Below are positions 29,073 to 36,331 of a stretch of DNA of 64,000 nt, piece after piece. Origin of the DNA: an uncultured Gemmatimonadales bacterium (GTDB taxonomy: Bacteria; Gemmatimonadota; Gemmatimonadetes; Longimicrobiales; Longimicrobiaceae); assembly GCA_963716255.1 (NCBI GenBank), contig OY970303.1, positions 7,200,001 to 7,264,000 of the forward strand. The letters are read 5' to 3'. Numbering within the stretch: the stretch's first letter is position 1; each line of letters starts with the position of its first letter. The position numbers and the translations under genes were made by a program. Below the pieces are notes generated by a model that saw only the letters and a program-made list of their open reading frames with translations, did not search any database and was not told where the DNA came from.

Positions 29073-30013
29073 TCGACGCCGCCCTCCTGGAGCGGCTCGC
29101 CTGCCCCCGCGACGGCGGCCCGCTGGAATCGTGCGGCGACGGCCTTCGCTGCCCCGCGGGGCACGCGTACGCGGTGGAGGACGGGATCCCGGTGCTGCTG
29201 GCGGGGGAGCCCATGCGGTCGGCGGCGGGATTCGCCGGGGCGGTGGAGGAGGGGGCGGTCGACCCCTTCGTGGAGCGCGCCCTGGTCGCCACCTGCGGCA
29301 ACCTGTACCGCCCCGTGCAGGGACGGCTGCCGCGCCATCCCATCCCGGAGCTGCGCATCGCCCCCGCGGGGGACGAGGTGCTGCTGGACGTGGGGTGCAA
29401 CTGGGGCCGCTGGTCGGTGAGCGCGGCGCGGCGCGGCTTCCGGGTGGTGGGCGTGGACCACAACCTGGACGCGCTGTGCGCCGCGCGCCGCGTGGCCCGC
29501 CGCTGCGGGGTGCGGGCGCACTTCGTCGCCGGGGACGCGCGGGCGCTCCCCTTCCGGCGGGGCGCCTTCGACGTGGTGTTCTCGTACAGCGTCCTCCAGC
29601 ACCTCGCGCCGGAGGACGCCCGCCGCGCGTTCGGCGAGATCGGCAGGGTGGTGCGCGTCGGCGGGCGCACCCTGGTGCAGATGGCCAACGTGTTCGGCGC
29701 GCGCAACCTGCTTCAGCAGGCCCGGCGGGGCGGGCGGGCGCCGCGGGGGCTGGAGGTGCGCTACTGGCGTCCCTCGGCGCTCCTGCGGGAGCTCGGGCGG
29801 GCGGTGGGCCCGTCGCGGCTGTCGGCAGACGGCTTCGGCGGGCTGGGGGTGCAGCCCGCCGACGCCGACCTCCTCCCGCCCCGCTACCGCGCGCTGGTCC
29901 GCGTCTCGGAGGCGCTCCGCGCCGCCACCCGCGCGGTCCCCTGGCTCGCCCTCGCCGCCGACAGCGTGTACCTGGAGTCGGTGGCGTCCCCGGACGCGGG
30001 CGCGGCGCGGTGA
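29069..30013 (+). CDS. SAM methyltransferase with N-terminal Trm112-like segment
   Basis: LACPRDG...C.AGH.Y.VEDGIPVL, LLDVGCNWG, FDVVFSYSVLQH. Confidence 0.8.
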   Translation: MIDAALLERLACPRDGGPLESCGDGLRCPAGHAYAVEDGIPVLLAGEPMRSAAGFAGAVEEGAVDPFVERALVATCGNLYRPVQGRLPRHPIPELRIAPAGDEVLLDVGCNWGRWSVSAARRGFRVVGVDHNLDALCAARRVARRCGVRAHFVAGDARALPFRRGAFDVVFSYSVLQHLAPEDARRAFGEIGRVVRVGGRTLVQMANVFGARNLLQQARRGGRAPRGLEVRYWRPSALLRELGRAVGPSRLSADGFGGLGVQPADADLLPPRYRALVRVSEALRAATRAVPWLALAADSVYLESVASPDAGAAR

Positions 30014-32160
30014 AGCAGGTCCTGCTGGGGCCGGGCGGGATCGTGGTGGCGGAGGTTCCCGCGCCCCGCTGCCTCCCGGGCACGGTCCTGGTGCGGGTGG
30101 ACCACTCGTGCGTCTCTCCCGGCACCGAGCTGGCGGGGATCCGCGGCGGGGCCGTCCCCCTGTGGCGGCGCGCCGTGGCCCATCCCGGCAAGCTGCGCCG
30201 CGCGCTGGAGGTGGCGGCGGGCGAGGGGATCTCCGGGATCCGGCGCGTGGCGCGGGCGCGCCGCATGGTGGTGCAGGCGGTGGGGTACTCCGCCGCGGGC
30301 GAGGTGCTGGAGGTGGGCGAGGGGGTGGACGGGGTGTGCGTGGGGGACCGCGTGGCGTGCGCGGGAAACCAGTTCGCCCACCACGCCGCGGTGATCCGCG
30401 TCCCCCGCACCCTGCTGGCACGCGTCCCGGACGGGGTGGGCCTGGCGGCCGCGAGCACCGTCGCGCTGGGCGCCATCGCGCTCCAGGGGGTCCGCCGGGC
30501 CCGCCCCACCCTGGGCGAGACCTTCGTGGTGCTGGGGCTGGGGGCGCTGGGCCAGCTCGCCGCGCAGCTGCTGCGGGCCGCCGGCTGCGCCGTCGTGGGG
30601 ATGGACCTGGACGACCATCGCGTGCGGCTCGCCCGCGCCCTGGGGCTGGAGGCGGGGATCGACCCGGACGGCGGCGACCCGGTGGACCGGGTGCTCCGCC
30701 TCACCGGCGGCGCGGGGGCGGACGGCGTGCTGGTCACGGCCTCGTCGTCCTCCAGCGCGCCCCTTTCCGCCGCCTTCCGCATGTGCCGGCGCAAGGGCCG
30801 CGTGGTGCTGGTGGGCGACGTGGGGCTGGCGCTGGACCGCTCCGACGTGTACGCCAAGGAGCTGGACTTCCTCGTTTCCACCTCGTACGGGCCGGGCCGC
30901 TACGACTCCGTGCACGAGGAGGGCGGGGTGGACTACCCGCTCCCCTACGTGCGCTGGACGGAGGGGCGGAACATGGACGCGTACCTCCGCCTGCTGGCCT
31001 CCGGCGGCGTGAACGTGGACGCCCTGCTGGAGGCGGTTTTCCCCGTGGACGAGGCGCGGGCGGCGTACGCCGCGCTGGAGCGGCGCACTCCGCGCCCGCT
31101 GACGGTGCTCCTCCGCTACCCGGCCGTGCCCGTGCCGGCGCGCCGCGCGGTTCCCAACCCCGGCGCCCCCCGCGGGCGCCCGGGGCGCGTCCGCGTGGCG
31201 GTGGTCGGCGCCGGCGGCTTCGCGCGGGCCGTGCACCTCCCCGCGCTGCAGGCGATGTCGGACCGGGTGGAGATCCGGGCGGTGGTGAGCGCGGGCGGGC
31301 ACTCCGCGCACGCGGCGGCGCGGGAGTTCGGGGCCGCGTACGCCACCACCGACGCCCGCGAGGTTCTCGCCGACCCGGAGGTAGACGCGGTGCTGGTCTG
31401 CACCCGCCACCACCTGCACGCGTCGCTCGCCGCGGAGGCGCTGGACGCGGGAAAGCACGTGCTGGTGGAGAAGCCGCTGGCCCTCACCCCGGACGAGTTG
31501 GAGCGGGTCCGCGCCGCGGCCACGGCGCGCGGAGGCGAGGGGCCGGTGCTCCTGACCGGCTTCAACCGCCGGTTCTCCCCCTTCAGCCGGCGCATCGCCG
31601 GGGTGCTGGGGGACCGCTCGGGGCCGCTGATGGCCGCCTACCGCGTCAACGCCGGCGCGCTGCCCCCGGGGAGCTGGGTGTACGGCCCGGAGGGCGGGGG
31701 GAGGAACGTGGGCGAGGCCTGCCACTTCTACGACTGGCTGGGATGGCTGACCGGCGCGCGCGTCGCCCGGGTGTCGGCGCAGCGCGCGCGCGGCCCGGCA
31801 GGCGCCCACCCCGCGGCGGACGACTTCGCCGTGTCGCTCGCCTTCGACGACGGGTCGGTGGCGACGCTGCTGTACACCGCGCTCGGCAGCCCCCTGCACC
31901 CCAAGGAGCGAGTGGAGGTCTTCGCCGACGGCAGGGTGCTCACGCTCGACGACTGGAAGTCGCTCGCCGTCAGCGGCGCGCGCTCCCCCGGGCTCCGTAC
32001 GCGCGCCCCCGACAAGGGACACCGCGACGAGGTGGAGGCGTTCGTGCGCGCGGTCCGCGAGGGCGGTGCCTGGCCCATCCCCCTGTGGCAGCAGCTCCAG
32101 GCCATGGAGATCGCGTTCGAGGTCGAGAGGCAGCTGCACGACCCGGCCGCCGCGCCCTGA
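30010..32160 (+). CDS. Bi-domain oxidoreductase (MDR/Zn-ADH-like + Gfo/Idh/MocA)
   Basis: SPGTE, GLGALG, SYGPGRYD..YVRWTE; second domain VVGAGGF, HVLVEKP, GFNRRF, GEACHFYD. Confidence 0.88.
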   Translation: MKQVLLGPGGIVVAEVPAPRCLPGTVLVRVDHSCVSPGTELAGIRGGAVPLWRRAVAHPGKLRRALEVAAGEGISGIRRVARARRMVVQAVGYSAAGEVLEVGEGVDGVCVGDRVACAGNQFAHHAAVIRVPRTLLARVPDGVGLAAASTVALGAIALQGVRRARPTLGETFVVLGLGALGQLAAQLLRAAGCAVVGMDLDDHRVRLARALGLEAGIDPDGGDPVDRVLRLTGGAGADGVLVTASSSSSAPLSAAFRMCRRKGRVVLVGDVGLALDRSDVYAKELDFLVSTSYGPGRYDSVHEEGGVDYPLPYVRWTEGRNMDAYLRLLASGGVNVDALLEAVFPVDEARAAYAALERRTPRPLTVLLRYPAVPVPARRAVPNPGAPRGRPGRVRVAVVGAGGFARAVHLPALQAMSDRVEIRAVVSAGGHSAHAAAREFGAAYATTDAREVLADPEVDAVLVCTRHHLHASLAAEALDAGKHVLVEKPLALTPDELERVRAAATARGGEGPVLLTGFNRRFSPFSRRIAGVLGDRSGPLMAAYRVNAGALPPGSWVYGPEGGGRNVGEACHFYDWLGWLTGARVARVSAQRARGPAGAHPAADDFAVSLAFDDGSVATLLYTALGSPLHPKERVEVFADGRVLTLDDWKSLAVSGARSPGLRTRAPDKGHRDEVEAFVRAVREGGAWPIPLWQQLQAMEIAFEVERQLHDPAAAP

Positions 32161-32196
32161 CGGCGGACGCCCCGGACGCGCGGACTACCTTCGGAC

Positions 32197-32919
32197 CTAC
32201 TCGGCGGGAGGCGTGATCGGTCCTTCCACGCCGAGAGGAACCCCGGGCGGAACCATCGCCGCCGTCCCGGCCGGCCGCAGAAACTCGTAGACGCGCACCG
32301 CGGCGAGCATGCCGGTGACGGGAGCAACCCAGTAGATCCAGTGCGCAGTCCAGGTCCCGCCCGCCACGGCGGGCCCGAGCGAGCGCGCGGGGTTCATGGA
32401 GGCGCCCGTCAGCGGCCCGCCCATCATGGCGCAGAAGCCGACGGTGAGCCCCACCGCGAGCCCGGCGAAGCCGGAGGACACCCGCTCGTCCGTGGCCACC
32501 GCCATGATGACCAGCATGAGGACGAACGAGAGGAGCCACTCGACCACCAGCGAACCTCCCACGCCCACCCCCGGGAGGGTGGCGCCGAGGCGTCCGACCG
32601 GGCCCAGCACACCGCGCAGCGTCAGCGAAGCGGCCACGGCCCCGGCGCACTGGGAAAGGACGTAGGGGATGACGTCGCGGCCGGGGATGCGGCCCACCGA
32701 CCAGAAGGCGACGGTGACCGCCGGGTTGATGTGCGCGCCCGAGATGTGGCCGAGCGCGTAGACCATCGCCAGCACCACGAAAGCGAAGGCGAGCGCCACG
32801 CCGGCGTGCCCCACCGCTCCCTCCGTGCAGGCGTCCACCATCGCCGTCCCCGGCCCGATCAGCACCAGGAAGTAGGTCCCCAGCGCCTCCGCCACCAACC
32901 GCCGCACGTCCGTTCGCAT
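32197..32919 (-). CDS. MIP/aquaporin family channel (probable arsenite channel)
   Basis: Two NPA motifs (SGAHINPAV, GASMNPARS); ATG at 32919; last gene of the arsR operon. Confidence 0.9.
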   Translation of the reverse strand: MRTDVRRLVAEALGTYFLVLIGPGTAMVDACTEGAVGHAGVALAFAFVVLAMVYALGHISGAHINPAVTVAFWSVGRIPGRDVIPYVLSQCAGAVAASLTLRGVLGPVGRLGATLPGVGVGGSLVVEWLLSFVLMLVIMAVATDERVSSGFAGLAVGLTVGFCAMMGGPLTGASMNPARSLGPAVAGGTWTAHWIYWVAPVTGMLAAVRVYEFLRPAGTAAMVPPGVPLGVEGPITPPAE

Positions 32920-32942
32920 CCGGCCTCCGCTCCTGTTCCGGG

Positions 32943-33698
32943 TCAGCCCCACTGGACGCCGCCGGTGCGGAGATATTCCGCGAAGTCGTCGGGCAGCTCG
33001 CTCTCGCGGATCCCCGCCACGGCCTGCTCCAGGTCGTACTCCACCCGCACGAACTCCACCTGCGGGGCCTCTCCGCTCATGTCCAGCAGCACGTAGCCGG
33101 CGCGCCAGTCCCCGTCCTTGGGGCGCCCCACCGAGCCGGTGTTGACGAACTGGATCCCCTCCAACGTGCGCTGCCAGGGCCTGTGCGTGTGGCCGAAGCA
33201 GATCACGTCCCCCGCCCGTGCGCCGGCCTCCTCCGCCATCCTGAGGCAGAAGGCGTCGTCGCGGTCCTCGGTCCAGTACAGCGTGTTCAGCGTCGGCGTC
33301 CCGTGCACCAGGACCACCCTGGGGCCCGGGAGATGCCCGCCGCGCGGCCGTACGTCGATCCGGAAGGGGAGCGAGCCGAGGTAGCGCCTGGTCTCCGCGG
33401 AGACGTGCCGCCGGGTCCAGTCGTAGCTCAGGTGCGAAAGCTCCTCCTGGCGCGGGTCCTCGTACCTGCACCCGCAGTGCTTGTAGTCGGTCGCCACCGT
33501 GGAGTCGTAGTTGCCGGCGATGCCGCTCACGTGGAGTCCGCGCAGCAGGGCGACCGTCTCGTCGGGCCAGGGCGCGTAGCCCACCAGGTCCCCCAGGTGG
33601 TAGGTCGCCGCGAGGTCCTTTTGGCCGGCGATGTGCTCCAGCACCGCCTGCAGCGCGGGCAGGTTGGCGTGGACGTCGGAGATCAGTGCGTATCGCAT
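32943..33698 (-). CDS. Metallophosphoesterase family protein
   Basis: SDVHAN, GDLVGY, GNYD, HG, GHTH and NTGSVG motifs plus a CGC motif. Confidence 0.88.
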   Translation of the reverse strand: MRYALISDVHANLPALQAVLEHIAGQKDLAATYHLGDLVGYAPWPDETVALLRGLHVSGIAGNYDSTVATDYKHCGCRYEDPRQEELSHLSYDWTRRHVSAETRRYLGSLPFRIDVRPRGGHLPGPRVVLVHGTPTLNTLYWTEDRDDAFCLRMAEEAGARAGDVICFGHTHRPWQRTLEGIQFVNTGSVGRPKDGDWRAGYVLLDMSGEAPQVEFVRVEYDLEQAVAGIRESELPDDFAEYLRTGGVQWG

Positions 33699-34120
33699 GG
33701 GGGTCTCGGGGATGACGGACCTGGGCTGCGGACCGAACCGGTGCGTTGCGGGCGCGCAGCCGTGGCGCCGCGCACCCCCTCCCCGAGTCGCGCGGGACCG
33801 CCCGGGGCCGCCGCCAGCCCCTCCAGCAGCAGCTGCAGGTGCTGGAAGCGCGCCGGGTCGGCGCAGTAGCAGGTCCGGGGTCCGTCGATCTCGCCGTGGA
33901 TGAGCTCTGCCTCGCGCAGCACCTTCAGGTGCTGGGAAACGGTGGACTGGGCAATCGGCAGCTCCTTGCAGATCTCACCGCAGACGCACTCCTCGCGCTC
34001 CAGCAGGATGCGGAGGATGCGGACGCGCATGGGGTGGCCGAGCGCCTTTGCGAGGGCAGCCAGCGCCTCGTCCGGATCACGGCCGTCGTCGACGGGGCGG
34101 GCGGGCGGGCAGCACTTCAC
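33683..34120 (-). CDS. arsR: ArsR/SmtB metalloregulator
   Basis: KALGHPMR, EECVCGEI, QSTVSQHLKVL; extra CC and CYC cysteines. Confidence 0.88.
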   Translation of the reverse strand: MKCCPPARPVDDGRDPDEALAALAKALGHPMRVRILRILLEREECVCGEICKELPIAQSTVSQHLKVLREAELIHGEIDGPRTCYCADPARFQHLQLLLEGLAAAPGGPARLGEGVRGATAARPQRTGSVRSPGPSSPRPPCDTH

Positions 34121-34143
34121 GGGTGGGCTCCAGCGAGGGTCTA

Positions 34144-34166
34144 ATCGTTTATCTACGATGAACGAT
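34144..34166. promoter_or_regulatory. Putative ArsR operator
   Basis: AT-rich inverted repeat ATCGTTTATC-tac-GATGAACGAT (1 mismatch), about 24 bp upstream of arsR. Confidence 0.65.
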
Positions 34167-34234
34167 ATTGCACCGGACGGGTGTCCGTCAACCGGGTCCG
34201 CGCTTCGCCGGACCCCGCGGCCGCGTCGGAGCCG

Positions 34235-34368
34235 GCGTGAGGGATTTCGGCCCGAAGGGGCGAGACCCGGCGGGGGCTGTTTCCGCCGGGGCTCGACTCC
34301 GTTGGCGAGCGTTGTTTGCTCGCCTACGGAGCCGAAGCCCGACCCCGGCGCCAGCCGGGGGCACGCCC
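34235..34368 (+). repeat. Structured interspersed repeat, copy 4
   Basis: Same core as copies 1-3; lies between two minus-strand genes. Confidence 0.95.
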
Positions 34369-34406
34369 GAACCTTTCTGTTCAGTCCGTTTGAACCAGGT
34401 ACGGCA

Positions 34407-35753
34407 TCAACCCGCCTGCGGAACGGAAAAGCTGAACGTCGACCCCTCGCCGACCCTGCTCTCGACCCGGATGGTCCCCCCCTGCGCCTCGACGAGGCCC
34501 TTCACGATCGGGAGCCCCAGACCGATCCCGCGGCGATCCGACGTGCCCGCCTGCCAGAAGCGGTCGAACAGGCGCGGGATGTTCTCGGACGGGATGCCGG
34601 TGCCCGTGTCCGAGACGCGGAACCAGACGCTCGAGCCCTCCACGTCCGCCCCCAGGGCGATGGTCCCCCCGGGCGGAGTGAACTTGGCGGCGTTCCCCAC
34701 CAGGTTCGAGAAGATCTGCAGCGTCCGCTCGCGGTCGGCGCTCACCGCCGGCAGGTGCTCGGGGAGGGAACAGGCGAACCGCTGCCCCGCCTTTTCCACG
34801 ATCGGGGCGAGCATCGTAGAAGCTTCCTGCGCCAGTGAGCGCGCGGGGATGGTCCGGCACTCGACGGCCAGGCGCCCGCCCTCGATCCGGGCGATGTCCA
34901 GCAGGTCCTGGATCATGTGGTTCATGCTGGCGCCGGCCCGGCCGATGATCGCGAGCTGCCCGCGCTCCGTCTTCCTCTCGTCCCCGGGCGGAAGGGTGTC
35001 GAGCAGGAAGCTGGCCGCCATGGTGATGGTGTTCAGGGGGTTCCGCAGGTCGTGAGAGACGACGGAGACCACGTCGTCCCGCAGGCGCACCGCCGCTTCG
35101 GCCTCGGCCCGGGCCCGCTGCTCCCTCCGCGTCAGCCTGGCCACGGATACGATCGCGACGACGCCGAGCAGGCCGAGCCCACCTGTCACGGCGTGGCTGA
35201 GGCGCTCCAGCCGGTCCATCCCCGCCATCTGGTCGCCCATCACCTGCTGGAGCGCGAGGTCGACCGTGTCCATGGCGGCGACGATGTGCGTGAGGCTGGC
35301 GTCCAGCGCGGGCAGGAACTGGTACAGCTCGTCCCGCGACGGCCCGGTGTTGGGAAAGTCCGCCGCCACCGCCGCCTCCAGCGCGGCCACGCGCGCGAAG
35401 GCCGCGACGGTCCGGGGGCTCGTGCCGGGGACGAGCGCGCGAAGCTCCCGGTCGAGGGAATCGACCTCGACCGCGTAGCGGTCGGCACGCCGGAGCATTT
35501 CCGCGTTCCCGGACGCCATGTACCCGGCCCGAGCGGCGGCTCCGCCGAGCACCGCCGCCTTCTTCGCCGCGATCAGCCGGCGGGCCGGCCGGATGATCTC
35601 GTCGTTCTTGAGGCGGAGGGTATTCTCCCGCAGGTCCAGGGCGGCGGGGAGCAGCAGCGAGGCCGCCAGCGCGAGCATGACCGCGACCACCGGAAACCAC
35701 ACCCGGCGGGAGCGGGCCCGCTCGGCGTACGCGGGGTCTGCGGGGGCGCTCAT
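34407..35753 (-). CDS. Membrane sensor histidine kinase
   Basis: Two TM segments; H box SHDLRNPL, N box NLVGNAAKFT, DTGTGI, GIGLGL; ATG at 35753. Confidence 0.9.
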   Translation of the reverse strand: MSAPADPAYAERARSRRVWFPVVAVMLALAASLLLPAALDLRENTLRLKNDEIIRPARRLIAAKKAAVLGGAAARAGYMASGNAEMLRRADRYAVEVDSLDRELRALVPGTSPRTVAAFARVAALEAAVAADFPNTGPSRDELYQFLPALDASLTHIVAAMDTVDLALQQVMGDQMAGMDRLERLSHAVTGGLGLLGVVAIVSVARLTRREQRARAEAEAAVRLRDDVVSVVSHDLRNPLNTITMAASFLLDTLPPGDERKTERGQLAIIGRAGASMNHMIQDLLDIARIEGGRLAVECRTIPARSLAQEASTMLAPIVEKAGQRFACSLPEHLPAVSADRERTLQIFSNLVGNAAKFTPPGGTIALGADVEGSSVWFRVSDTGTGIPSENIPRLFDRFWQAGTSDRRGIGLGLPIVKGLVEAQGGTIRVESRVGEGSTFSFSVPQAG

Positions 35754-35788
35754 CGCGCGGGAGGCCGGGGACGTCGACGGGGTGGGCT

Positions 35789-36235
35789 TCAGGGCACCAG
35801 CACCCGGGACGTCCAGTTCGTGTAGTAGTTCACGAAGTGCCCGCCGTTGGCCGCGAGGATCCCGCGGATGCGCTCCGTCGCCTCGTCGTCGTGGCTGGAA
35901 ACGAGGACGAGGTAGTGGCCGGCCTTGACCTCCTGGACGTGACGCTCGGTGTGCTCCGTCTCCATCCCGAAGAGCGCCTGAGCCATGCGGGTCAGGCGGC
36001 CGCTCAGCCCGTGTCCGGTGCCGCTCTGGTCGATCACCTCGACGGCATGGTCGCCGCTGATGACGTGCACGGACGATTCGTCGAACCCGGCGGCGCGCAG
36101 GGCTTCCTCCGCGCGGGACACCTCCGCGGCCGTGTCGATCACGCCCACGACGGCGTGCGTCGGAAAGGCGGGCCGTGACTCGCCGTCCGGCGCGGATGCC
36201 GGATCCGCTTCCTCGCGCCCGGGCTGATTCTGCAT
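35789..36235 (-). CDS. Hypothetical protein
   Basis: 148 aa with normal composition and a GGAGG RBS upstream; no family recognised. Confidence 0.65.
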   Translation of the reverse strand: MQNQPGREEADPASAPDGESRPAFPTHAVVGVIDTAAEVSRAEEALRAAGFDESSVHVISGDHAVEVIDQSGTGHGLSGRLTRMAQALFGMETEHTERHVQEVKAGHYLVLVSSHDDEATERIRGILAANGGHFVNYYTNWTSRVLVP

Positions 36236-36331
36236 ACGGGACCTCCGGTTGTGGGTGAATGCCGGGCAGCCGCACGGGCATAATCCACGCCAGGCGCGCG
36301 CATGGCGACGATTCCCCGCCCGGAGCTCCCC

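Noticed and set aside
33683..33820. Low-complexity ArsR tail overlapping the next gene by 16 bp as evidence of a pseudogene
   Set aside because: Core HTH and Cys motifs are intact; such tails are common in GC-rich genomes.
7535..34368. Repeats as CRISPR array, tRNA or a known self-cleaving ribozyme
   Set aside because: Dispersed rather than arrayed, no spacers or cas genes, no tRNA D/T arms, no hammerhead CTGANGA core; other ribozyme classes not excluded.
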